Origin: Botryllus schlosseri
Taxonomy: Eukaryota
Length of the DNA stretch: 64,000 nt
Reading direction: 5' to 3'
NCBI GenBank assembly: GCA_051294905.1
Contig: CM119372.1
Coordinates: forward strand, 23,066,001 to 23,130,000
In this document: positions 1-12,152 of the stretch, one piece after another
Layout: every line of letters starts with the position of its first letter
Numbering within the stretch: position 1 is the first letter of the stretch
The notes under the pieces: model-generated
Told to the model about the DNA's origin: nothing
The model's input: the letters and a program-made list of their open reading frames with translations, nothing else
The model's database searches: none
Made by a program: the position numbers and the translations under genes

Positions 1-1962
1 TGCGACATTACATTTACTCTGCCAAACAATTTATATTTAACTGCACTAGCCATGCGCACTTGGGATTTTTGGTGCGTTTTCAGACGCTCTGACAAATGCT
101 TCAGATCGCGATAACCAATTTTGTTCCAACAAGAGCCACTGCTTACGGTACCGGCACTGTCGAATAAAAGACAGTAAAAGCAAAACAAGGCGTTTTTATC
201 CTCGCCATAAGTAAGCCATTCATTTTTATCGAAATGCGCTGAAGAAAAGGCACGAGTGCGCTTTCCTCCGGCGTACGATTGGATCAATGGGCAATTTCTA
301 GGCTGATACGGACCTAGTCGCTTTACCTCTAATTTTTGCTCTAAAGGCAGCTGGCTAAACGGCGTACGGAGCAAAGATTCAACACGATTCATGTTCGCAC
401 TTGACCTGACTACTTATCTGCAGAAATGGAAATGACTATAAATCGAGAGATTGCGTATGCCTAACTGGAAAGGTCAACGAGTTCGGACACATACGCAATT
501 GTTATCTCATAGATTGGACAAGGAAATGTCATATTGAATCCAAAACATCATTCTGAAGAACTACGGATAGCAGCCTCGGAAATTCGGTCCCGGTACAGCT
601 TGGGAGATTCTGGCCTTGAGGCTGGAGACTGTCACACGACACATACGGCTTACGGTCTATAGTGTCTATATGTCTGCTGCAAAATCGCCTTCGGAAAATA
701 TATTACCGAATAAATACGTGGATGAAAGCCGAAAACTTGGTACACTGTTACATGAAATCATCGAGAAGTATAGCCTCATGACCGTTTTCGGTATGGTACA
801 CTGTCAAAATTAATACGAACAGATCAACGCCGAATTTTGCGTAATATTTACTGAGGAATCGGCTGATCAAGCGATCAGCTGTTAGCCGCCATCGAAAACG
901 AAACAGCTATCGCGCTTGACAGGGGTTGTAATTGTGAGCAAATGGCCCGAAGGCCACCATTCCACGGTGAAATTGACATTGGATAATATAAAATAAAACT
1001 AAATATTTGAATGCAAACCGAGGATGTTAGTAAACTGTTTCATGATATCATCATCTCATCACCTATCTCAGTATGGAACACAGATACACCGGCTTTTGCG
1101 TGAAATCCGCAATGCGTTAGGTAGGCTAAGTGTCAGATCAGCGCACATCTCTACCATACTCGAACTTAATAACGAAATTGCTGCCCTAATCATTGAGTGT
1201 CAACCTTGAGACTTGGCACAGCGTTCGATACTAAAATCAAGACATACCATGTAAAAGTTCATGACGGATCTAGCTAAGGAGCATCGTTAAAATCAATGGA
1301 GACCAATACCGGCTTTGCGTGAAATATGTTTGCGATACATGACCGATCAGCACACACTCGACTTTGGAAACGGAATTACTACCCTAAACTTTGAGTAGAA
1401 ACCCTGAAACTTAGGACAGTGTTAAATACCACCATCACGACATGACATACCAAGTTTCAAGAATTATCATGGTGTGAAACACCATCAAAATCGACCTGTA
1501 CCAGCAACGGTCGACTCAACGCATATCACGGTATCCGAGTTCAGATATAGATACGATTGTTACATCACACCTTAGGGGCCAGCAAGCATATTTGCCCCGG
1601 TTGCTCGGCCATTTTACGAATAGGAGAGAGTAAAGCAACGTTTCTTAATTGTGCGCAGCTTTGAGAGAATAGATAGTGAAAGCTTGTTATGAGCGCTACC
1701 GGGGCAAGCCCCGGCTGGGCATTCACAAAGCGAAAACACAGAAGAGAATTCGATTTTCGCGGAGACTTCGCTATGTATGGGCATTTGCAAGCGAAAGCAC
1801 AAGAAGAACGCGGGTTTCGCTGTGATCTCGATATATATTGAGCGCTGTGCGTCTATAAATGGTTAAATTGTTATTGAACAGAATTTTAGGTGGGGCAATG
1901 CCCCAGTTGCCCTATAGGACGAGCCGCCACTGGAAATTATGCTTTGATTCACAAATGTAATT

Positions 1963-2760
1963 TTAGTCCAGTGGTGAATTCAAGGCCTTCCGAAGAATGT
2001 GCACAGTGCCCAATAATGTTATCTTTTGGATCATGTCGAATCGAACGTTACCCGGAATTTGTTGGATATGTCTCATGAGTTTTCTGCTCACGACCCCTGT
2101 AGCGCCAATGACTATCGGTACAATGTTTATTTTGCATCGCCACATTTTCTCACATTCCATTTTTAGGTCTGCGTATTTGGAGTGTTTTTCTGATTCTTTT
2201 TGCAGTAGGTTGTGATCAGCTGGGACAGCCAGTTCAATGAATAAGCATTCTCTTTTCTTTTTTTGTTTGGCGATTATATCCGGGCGGTTGCTTCTGATTT
2301 CGCGGTCAGTTATTACTGGTACATCCCACAGAATATTTACTTGTTCGTTTTCTGTCACTGGTGCTGGGTTGTAATCGTACCAATTTTTTGTCGAAGTGAT
2401 GATGTTAAAATGTTTGCATAATTCAGGATGAATGTAGTGACCAATCCTATTGTGTCTCCATGTGTATTCGGTAGCTGCAAGTGCACCACAGCCGGACATG
2501 AGATGTGCCACAGTTTCATTTTGGTTGTGGCACATTCTGCATTTGCCGTCCGTGTTTTGCTTCAGAATTCTTTTGCGATAGTATTTTGTAGGAAGCGATT
2601 GGTCTTGTGCTGCGAAAATGAATCCTTCGCTTGCCGGTTTCAGGCCAGAGCTGGATAGCCAGGTCCATGAAAGCTCGTCTACATGGGGCTGTGAAGTTAA
2701 CTTCTTGTGCTGTCCACGAAGAGGCATCGACGTGCAAAAACAATTCAGGGCACCCTATAA
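1963..2760 (-). mobile_element. 5'-truncated non-LTR retrotransposon (R4/Dong-like, restriction-like endonuclease clade), C-terminal ORF fragment
   Basis: ORF 1963-2727 has a CCHC knuckle CRMCHNQNETVAHLMSGC, an RHN motif, RPDII and an IEL..K..KY RLE motif. The upstream EGFIFAAQDQ block is typical of R4-like elements. The RT core is absent. Confidence 0.88.
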
Positions 2761-5364
2761 ACTATGCAAGTAAAGTCCGGGTAACTGATTGTCCCGTCAC
2801 AGTCATTTGTCAACCGATCGTCAATGGTAGTTTTCAAAATTGCGAGTTGGATAACGGCGAGTATGATGTAGAATAAAGAATGAATGAAGCCACCAGTATG
2901 TGCAATTATAATCTATTACTCTGAAGCAGGGGCCAGTTGCAATGACGATGTCAGTTATAAGAGTGATGCAAATATGTCCAAATACTACTTCATACTTGAC
3001 AGATTTAGAAGTGTAAAAATCATGTAGTTTAGTTTCCAAATCCATACCACACGAGGAAGAGACATGTAGGCACATATTGTTCTTGAGTATTTTTAAGTGG
3101 TAAGTATACATATATCATATATATATTCTGCACGGAGCAATTGATACTGTTGGGCGCATCACAAATGGGGGTCCAGGAGCGAACCCAGCAAACACAAAAT
3201 TGCCTAGGGCTATCCAAGCAGTGTCCGAGTGTCCCAGTGTCCGGTTGGACAGACGTGGGTTAATACTTGGCTATCCACGTTCGAAAATGTCCGGTTCGGA
3301 TATCCTAGGACATACATACAGAAAAACATTTCGGATAGTCCACTAAAAGTCCTAATACAATTTTGAATGGATATCATAATCTGACAGTGTGCGGATATTT
3401 CCATGTTGTATCAGCTAAAAAGTCAACCACTCAAGTTCTTGCTGATAAGGGCACATATTTCATCCTTTCTAAATATTTCAAGAGTACAGTTCGAAAGAAA
3501 ATCGCACATTTTTACACCGATATTCGGGATAGTCCATTGAAATTGCGAATCAGAATTCCAATGGATATCATATTCGGACAGTGTGAGGATAGCTCCATTT
3601 TGTTTCAGATATAAAATCAATCTCTCATTAACTCCCGACGCTGATATGCACATATTTCAGTATTTCAAAATATTTCAAGAGAATTTGAAGGAAAATCGTC
3701 ACTGGACGTGATTCTTCATAGCGACGTCACGTAACCGGATTATGCAAGCTGTCATTGAACGGTCAATATTCACTGTCGAGCCTACATTTCAAGCTTTTAA
3801 ACTTCGTCATTTTTGTGCTCTTTTAGCTGTCGTGTTACTGTTTGCTCCTGCGGTGAACATTCGCAATTCCGAAAGATGTTACGAACTTATTGCGTGCGTC
3901 ATGCCGTGAGATGTTTAGCGTTTTTCACTTGAATGCGCTCAATGGGTCGGCAGAAATGGCGACTGCGCAGTGCGCACAGTGAATCTGACTTGATCGCCAT
4001 ATAATTGACAGGATTATATGCTGGTATATTGGATAATTATTGGTATACTGTATTATCGACTTCGATAATGGTACATCCTCTTTCGTACTTTTATTTCGAG
4101 AATGTAATAAACTTTACAATTTTCGTACCGCATAATGTTTTACCGATGTTATCCCGCTGAATACCACTCAACGATTGACGAGCTTTCCTCGTGCGTGGCG
4201 AGGCGCCATGCGTGAAGTGAATGAGATCATTAGCCTTTTTCATCTATATGTGCAGTGGCGCATTGCGCAGCGAGCCCAGTTCACGTGATTCAAATTTCGT
4301 CTGGGAAGTTTGAACTGTGATTCTGTGAAGTGAATCGCTGTCAGTGGCGAGAAGCATTTTCGACATTTGCTGTGTGCCACTTAGCTCGGTGATTACTTAA
4401 CCATAACCACTGGTTGTAGCAGTGTAGTCAGTCAGTGACACGGTTATAGTCAGAAGTGGCGTATCTGCACAACTAAAATGCGCTTGGTTATTGAATCCCT
4501 TTAGTTATTGTGATGACATGTTCGGTAGGCCTATTATTGTTTAGAGTCGATACTGTTGTAGTATAGTACGTCCTTTTATTGTAACCAAACCTGATTTCTT
4601 GCTCAACATAAGGTAAGAGTTACTGTTTTGTGATTATGACTGGAAATGGATAGGAAGGTAACATTTGACTGACCACAAGCTATCAGAATTTTTGAATTAG
4701 ACCCGTAACCCAAATAGAGTGATAGACATCCGTACTCAGTCGTGGTTGCTGGTATTTCAATCATGATATTAATATACTTGGCTTCCGAATTGTATTATTG
4801 AAGTACCGATATTCAATTCTACCCAGCCCTATATATATGGTTACTGTATGAGTACTATATTGTAATATACTAACTTGGATAGCTCGGCATTGGATGCGGG
4901 GAAATGACGACGGATACGAAGATCTACCAAATATGATTCCGATTCAAGGTCTCATTCGGGTGGTCACAAGAAGATTAAAAGAAAACGAACATGTTCCACT
5001 GATACCAGTGACACGGATCATGCTGAAGCTCAGGCGAAACAGTTCGAAAAAAAATCTCGGCATCGTGAAGAAAAGTGAAGGAAGAAATCTGCCAGTAATC
5101 TCACGATTTTACTGACAGTGCATCACCAATTCACCAAATGCAGGTTAGAGCTTAATTCCTCCATGTGGTATCAAAACAGCAAAAAATCTGCAGTTATGAC
5201 TGTTTGATTTGTAAGAAGATTATTCAACTTTTATAGCCTAAAGCTGAGCTGAGTATATAGAGTAGAACTCAGTACTGTATGTAAGTTATGAATTGATTGA
5301 AATTTTTTATGCTCATGCAATGATGACTGTAGAAACTTCCAATTTGATAACTACACGATAATGT

Positions 5365-6084
5365 TAGAGTTGGCGACCAGAACGCACAATTTAATTACAC
5401 GGGTCTCAATCGAAAGTTACTTTCGCACTGGCTCCAATAAGAAAAATTAAAATCTGGTCCGGGCACTGGAACGCCCTCAAAGGGCCTAAGTCGGTATTGT
5501 TTCTATCAATGGTATCGTCGGTAGACAATGACCGTTCAATGTCTCTTACTGATTATGACATCATTGAGCACCTTGGCAAAGTCGCGTGCCGTGTTCCCCG
5601 TGATTCTCGGAGTATAGCTCGCCGTATCAATTGCTGTGACGCGAATAAGTCGTAATGTGAATAGTTTGTGTATTTTGCGTCGTCGCGCATTCAAAAATTT
5701 GGATAAATACAAATTATAGCACAAAAGCCTACACATATATCGTAGAATTTACTATCAACCCGTATTTCTTGATACGCAACAGGCCGATCTACGAAACAGT
5801 TTGTTCCATTCGGCACAGCTGTTCATGAATTTCATTGTAATATAGATTCAGCACGACTACGCCAAGGCGCTCAATGATGTCACAATCAGTTCGAGACATT
5901 TGATTTGTCATTGTCTACTGCCGCTACCTTTGTTGGAAGCAATGGCGATTTCGGACTTTGAAGGCAATTTTCGGGGGATTTTAGTGCCCGGACCAGATTT
6001 TAATTTACATTTTCTGAATGAGTGCGAAAGTAGCTTTATATTGAGACCTGTTTTATAAAATTTTGCGCTCTGTTCGCCAGCTAT
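5365..6084. mobile_element. Foldback MITE (~720 bp imperfect palindrome)
   Basis: Arms TAGAGTTGGCGACCAGAACGCACAATTT and TTTGCGCTCTGTTCGCCAGCTATA. Internal inverted matches include TCTGGTCCGGGCAC/GTGCCCGGACCAGA and TGACATCATTGAGC/GCTCAATGATGTCA. Confidence 0.75.
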
Positions 6085-8199
6085 AAGATTACCATTATTT
6101 GATTGCGTCTAATCAACCCATGCCTGTTATTGTGTGTTTGAGGTGCCACTGACTGTTATTTATCTGTTCAGATACGTTATTGTCTCAGCAAGCAGCCCTT
6201 CCTAGAGAGAGTCCTTTAGGTTCATTCTGCTGGGAATTTCCTACTGGAAATGGTGAGTATATAGTATATTTATTTTATTAGCGCGGAGTTTCCCAATAGA
6301 GTGGCAACTGATAAAGTTGAGCAGAACTGGGAAGAAAGCTCTGTGTGCACTGAGTTTATGCGAGACATTAAGTATCGTAGGTTGAACTAGTTTGTCGTCT
6401 CTATGAATTGTTTACTATAATCTTCCCGTTAAGGTGCTTGTTGCAATATTCCTACGACTGTACCGGAAAAGGACTACGAGATTGCAGTCAGATCTGTGTT
6501 GCGCCATGCATCATCCAAAAGCAGAAATCAGCAATACGAGGTACATGCAATATTGATTGTCTAAATATATCGCGCAGAGGGAATAATGGGTATATTGCGT
6601 AATCATAGGCGCCGACTTTTATTTCTACATAGGGTGATCAGATGAAACAAGGGAGGGGTTTGAAATTTCTTCAAATTTACCAAGTTAGCATCATTTATTA
6701 CGGTTAAGTACATGTATCCTCTGATGTTTCAGTATTAGCGCTAAACAATTACGTTCGTTCGCGTCTGTTCGTGGCCAATTGCGCAGATTCAGGTTTTACC
6801 TACGTGTCAGTTTTTTTTTCGTTTTCGTGGTCGTTAATTTTAGTGTGAAAAGTAGTTTATTTGCAAAGTATATCACCAATACTTGAACGTGTCTATTAGC
6901 TATTCCAATGAAGTCTACTAATTTCCAGCTAATCCGTGTCATATCTTTTACTCGTCAACTGGCGATGTCTTCATCCAAACTCTACCATAGGCCCCTGTAA
7001 AGATGGAAATGAGTGGAAAAAAGCATCCCTACATCTTAGGCATTTTTGATCATGTCTGAGTGGAGAAATTTTCCACCGTAAAGACTATTATTTGAAAAAT
7101 GATGGAAATTTTGAATTGGATGACCTCAGCATCTACTGGTTAAAATGAGTCAAATTTGTTGTGCAAGGTATTTTAGGTAACTTGATTGATTTGCCAGCTA
7201 AGCCAATCAAATTTGAAAAAAGTTTATTTTGAGCACCCTTAGTGTCCACTGTTCTATAATGGTCATAAATTGTAATATTCATGATTTGTGCGTTTATGCA
7301 TAGTATGCTGTACTTTGTCAGTGTTTGAATGTATTTTGCAAGGCTTTCGGAGTTGGTAGCATTTTGAAGGATTGTTTCATGTTCGCTTGTAATGATTTTC
7401 TTGCTAATTATTTTAGGACAAGAATGCAGAACAAGTCCACATCCTGTCTCAGCCTTGAGCAGACGATGACGAGAAAGAGGATGCTGTATAAAGTCATTCC
7501 CCTCCTACCAACTTTTGACCTCGTTGCAAATTAAACCTGTATGAAGATTGAAGATATTTCCAGCTAGAGAGATTGTTGATTGCAAGTGTGCATTGCTTGC
7601 TGTGGAATTTTTTACAAGTTACAGTTGAATTTGCTGATTATTATTTTCATCCGCTCTAGACATGGTATATACGATCAAAAAGGGGTGAAAGTGAGTCATC
7701 CTTGCTGCTCAAGTGAAGGTGGATCTGGAATGGTGACTACTTGAGTACTTTCCAAAAGTAGAACGAGTCGCACGCTTGCAGGTTACTGCAGCTGGTAGAG
7801 GCCGCTTTCAAAATTGCAGGATGTACCATCGCGAAAAATATATAATGGCACTCCAATTATAGTGCGATTTCTAAATTGCATTCACTATTACTACATTATA
7901 GGGGCTATCTAACTGGTTATGTCTTGGAAAGGTAAGTAGGAGTAGTCACAAAAACATGCAGTGAAAGTAGGCAAAACTTGAGCTGAAGTGCCTTGTTTGT
8001 TATACTGCATCTTGAACAATGTGTGACAGATCTGCACATAGAGGATGTCGGAACGACCGAATGACCAGAGTAAAACATCCTATTTTTCTTGTATCTCTAT
8101 TGGTATTACCTCTTCATCTTGAATAGTTGCCATCTTAAATGTTAATGTCAGGTCTTTCCTGTAATGTGCATTATTTTTACTGTTATTGAAGAACTTCAA

Positions 8200-8790
8200 C
8201 CTGCCACTTTTTGAATGTTTGTTACCATCCCATTTCTAATGTGTTCTCATATTGTGAATGTAATTTTTCAACTTGATTTGACAGTTATTGCTTTGACTCG
8301 ATGCTTGACTTCTTTTACTTCACTGCAATTTTAAAAGTATCGCTATGTCTTCTTGCATAATGATTTTCACAACTTGCCTTCCTCTGTATTTCTGATGCAT
8401 TTGTGAATGTGCAATTGTGCATGTGTAATGCGGTGCGTGTCTTCTAATTGCTTCGCCCGGTAATTGCTTCGCCAGGTAATTGCTTCGACCTATCATAATT
8501 TTTCAACACTTGCCCATGTTTCGTATTCTGTAATCCTCTCAGTGTGCATGCTTCTTTACCTTGATTGATTGACAGTTGTTGCTTTGACTCAATGCTGTGC
8601 TTCACTTTGCTGCAGTTTTTATTATTGCTTATAATGATTTTCAAAACTTGCCAACCTCTGGTATTTCTGATATAGTTGTGTATGTGTAATGCGGTGGGTC
8701 TTGTTTTTATTCTCATTGACGAAATTCAAGGTAATTGCTTCGGACTTTCTTTAATTTTTCAACACTAGCCCATGTGTGGTATTCTTCCCA
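8200..8790. repeat. Degenerate tandem duplication (~290 bp period)
   Basis: TTGACAGTT.TTGCTTTGACTC.ATGC and ATAATGATTTTCA.AACTTGCC blocks recur at ~8278/8569 and ~8357/8631. Confidence 0.55.
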
Positions 8791-9737
8791 GTGTACATAG
8801 TTCGTAGTCATCTCATTTTTTGCCCCGATTTATCGACTGCTTGTGATATTTTCAAGTCCACCTGCTGCTTTATGGTATCTCTCTAACTTGAGTGAGTGAT
8901 TGATTTTGACGTGATTTAAAGCAGTTGTTAATTTTACTTGTTGCTGCTATTTATTGCTGACAATTTGATAATATAAGCTTTTGCCTGGAAATCAATCTTG
9001 TGTAAGTATATTTCTGCGTTGCCTGACCTGTGGTATAAGGGAATATGGAGTTTCAGGAGCTAGCTATAGCTAGGTAGTGTTCAGAGGGTTGATCAGTGGA
9101 TAGTCTCTGGATATCAGTCTCAACCAGACTGTGACCCTACAGTGGCCAGGAAATGACTTGATGGGATGATGAATGGACGAGAACTGGATAACACCAAGAT
9201 TCGACATTCTCGGTGCGACCGGATGACACTAGGATGAATCTGGGCCAAATGACAAGTTATCCGACGGATATCCGCTTGCCGTAATGTGTTTGCTGGGAAG
9301 CCTCATAAGTTAGTTTGACGATGATAGGGCCCTTTTACCAATATTTGGGATTGGTGGCATACTACTGATACTGTAATGGTATAATACCATATAACTAACT
9401 ATACGGACTACACTAGCGTCGAATCTGACATCTTGTTGTTTACGAAGGCGATGACACCGCTTATGACATTATGAACGACTTCGAATTCGTCAGCATTTCT
9501 GATAGATTCGATATATACAAGGTATCATGATAGCCAGGTTTTCATCCATCACTTCACGTTAATCTCAATACTGCACTGTAAAAAATAAAGGTGGATTTTA
9601 GGGTGGAATCGGGGCGGAAATATTGTTTCCTCCTATGGTTGGAGGAGGGAGAATATAATACACCTTCAGAAAGGTGATATTCTTCTTTCCTCCCCTATTT
9701 GAGCGTGAATGATGACTTCGCCTATATACGCGTGAGG

Positions 9738-10386
9738 CAGTGTTGGGACGACTCGAGTCAGACTCGAGCCACCTTTTACGAATGACTTAACTTGACTCGA
9801 GTCACTTTGCTAAAATGACTTGACTTGACTCGGCGTATAGAAGAAATGTGGATTGACTCGTGACTCGGAGCAAAATTCACGAGTCAATTTCGAGTCATCA
9901 AGTATGGTCGGCGTCGATAAAAATCACTGTATCTTGCATGTGTTCGAATTGTTCGCGAAACGATGGTTTGAAACGCAGTGAGAGCGACCAATCACTCAAT
10001 GATCGTGCGTTGCGATGCCGATCAAGATAGCGTAAGCCGATCAAGATAGCGTAATGGTTAAGCGTCCGGCTTCTTGATCGGTAGGTCGTGGGTTCGATTC
10101 CCGGCCGGGTCAGACCAAAGACCTGATTAGTAACACTGGTATCCATGGCTTCCCTGCTTGGCGCTCATGCATTACTGGGATAGCGTGGAGGGGTGGTGCA
10201 TGACTTAGAAAGTCGTAAAGGCTATATCTGCACTTCCTTGTCCAGCGGCATATGACTCGACTGGAATCGAGTCAACTCCAAAAATCGGGTGACTTGACTT
10301 GACTCGAGTCACCTTCGAAAATCGATTGACTTGACTCAAGTCAAAATGTGCAATGACTCGAAGATAGTGACTTGACCCCAACACTG
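9738..10386 (-). mobile_element. hAT-like MITE, CAGTGTTGGGA family (GACTCGAGTCAAGTC subterminal repeats), internally deleted
   Basis: TIRs CAGTGTTGGG/CCCAACACTG; 8-bp TSD GCGTGAGG/GCGTTAGG. Confidence 0.8.
10044..10200 (+). mobile_element. tRNA-derived SINE (family 1, probable Meta-type core), 3'-truncated
   Basis: A box TAGCGTAATGG and B box GGTTCGATTCC, followed by GTCAGACCAAAGAC...CTTCCCTGCTTGGCGCTCA. A second copy lies at 32400-32646. Confidence 0.75.
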
Positions 10387-10927
10387 GCGTTAGGTGCATA
10401 TTCGGGGTTGATGTCGCTAAATTGAAAGTATGTGCGCAAGGTGGCTGGTTAAACAAACACATGAAGGCCGAAGAGATAGTAATATGTGATTGTGTGACTG
10501 CACACACTGCGATACACAGAGGAAGCGAGATAATATTTATCGGCCAACCATGCAAATTAAGCACATAATCCTTGAATGAAATTTTAATCTCTCTCTCAGT
10601 ATTAGGGGGAGCAGATATTTGTTCAATTTGAAAGTGTTGGAATCAACAATTACCCAATCGTCCGTTGAGCGGCCATTACCGTTACCGCATATAGTTTGAA
10701 GTTTGCTGTTGCCATTGTTACGGTGCGAGTTACATGGTCTGTGATTTTGACTGTTCCGTCATAATAATGCAGACGGTGAAAGATATCGTCAGACCGATAC
10801 CTGCTTCTGATTCGCTGTTGAATTACTAAAAAGTTCGGGTGGTAAAAAATCGGCGCCGTCAACGCACAGAGAGGAGAATCGAGTTTTTGCGAGTCCGCTG
10901 AGTATACGAGAGGGAGATATCAGGTTT

Positions 10928-11992
10928 ATGATTATGGATTGGCTTTGCCCTGTTGAGGGATGCGTTATAAAGGCTTTCTCGTGTCGAACATACTTGCTCA
11001 GCCATTTGCGAGGCTATCATCCAACCTGTCAGGTGTTCATCTGTAAAATTGGATCGTGCAATCACACTGCCACCACGTACCACAGCTACAGGATGCATTT
11101 AAATTGCCATCACATCACGGTACAGGCAAGCGGATCTGCTGAACTGATGGATGACAATAGTGATCTTGTGGTGAGCGAAAATCCTGGATATATTCAGCAG
11201 TCATGTGAAACTACTGCCTTCGCATCAACACCAAGCTCGGTCACTTTCAAGGATGCCTGCCTGAAGTTGAACTTATCCATGTTAGAGAAATTCACGCTTC
11301 CCAGGTCTGCTGCCCGACATATTATGCTGGAATTCATTAGGATAATGCAGGATTATAACGACATTTCCCAAGTAGACTTGGGACAAGTAATTGATCAATC
11401 ACAGAGTGAGTACTTTTTTACGAGGTCATTGCTTCGCATAGGCTTGATCGAGCCAATTGAAAAGTGGCCGTTGCAAAACTATAATTTGAAGTATCATTAT
11501 ATTCCGTTATTGCGTGTTCTTGAGAAATACATCTGTCACAAAGATGTAACAGAGAGCATGGACAGAAGCCTTTCTGAAAGCTATAATGGCTTGCTGAACA
11601 ATTTCTGTGACGGAACTTTATTCATGGAACATCCTTTTTTCAAATCCGATCGCAACCTGTTGCGTATTCATCTATACGTTGATGATCTCGAATTGTGTAA
11701 TCCTCTTGGAAGCTCTAGAATAGTCCATAAGTTAACTTGTTTCTATTTTGTTCTGGGCAACGTTGAGACTAAATATCTTTCAAACCTTAGAAATATTCAT
11801 CCTGTCATCATTGTGAAAAGTTCAATTGTTAAGAAGGTAGGTTACGCAGCTGTACTTGAACCGTTATACCATGATTTGAAAACATTAGAATCCTCTGGTA
11901 TCACTGTAACACTCTCCAATGGCCAAACTAAACAGTTACGAGGGGGCCTAGCCACTATCGAATTCGTGGATTCTTGTAACGTATTGCTATGA
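10928..11992 (+). pseudogene. EnSpm/CACTA-type transposase, 3'-truncated
   Basis: Two N-terminal C2H2 fingers, then the motifs DGTLF..HPFF, LYVDDLELCNPLGS and HKLTCFYFVLGN. Homology breaks after RGGLATI (~11958), just before the expected xDNL catalytic motif. Confidence 0.85.
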
Positions 11993-12152
11993 TTTTCTCA
12001 GCATTTTCATTTGTATTTGTCCTGAATTGATTATTCTTTACGATTAACCTTGCACGTGGTGCACCAGACCTTTATCGGTGATATGCGCCACTTCCCTTTT
12101 TACCATCTATAATAATAATAATAATCCAGGTAATTATTGCATTGCCGAGAAG

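Larger units (their letters stand above)
3184..9297. mobile_element. Non-autonomous EnSpm/CMC-like DNA transposon (~6.1 kb)
   Basis: TIR CCCAGCAAACACA at 3184 and TGTGTTTGCTGGG ending at 9297, with AA on both flanks (2-bp TSD). Subterminal GGATA(G/T)(T)CC repeats lie near both ends. No intact transposase. Confidence 0.72.

Noticed and set aside
1..1560. Possible degraded transposase and MITE-like sequence
   Set aside because: Multiple stops in all frames and no TIR/TSD or diagnostic motif I could confirm.
10044..10115. tRNA gene (also at 38573, 39215, 40957, 55342 and 61760)
   Set aside because: A and B boxes are present, but there is no convincing acceptor stem. Each continues into a shared repeat body and tail, so they are SINE heads.
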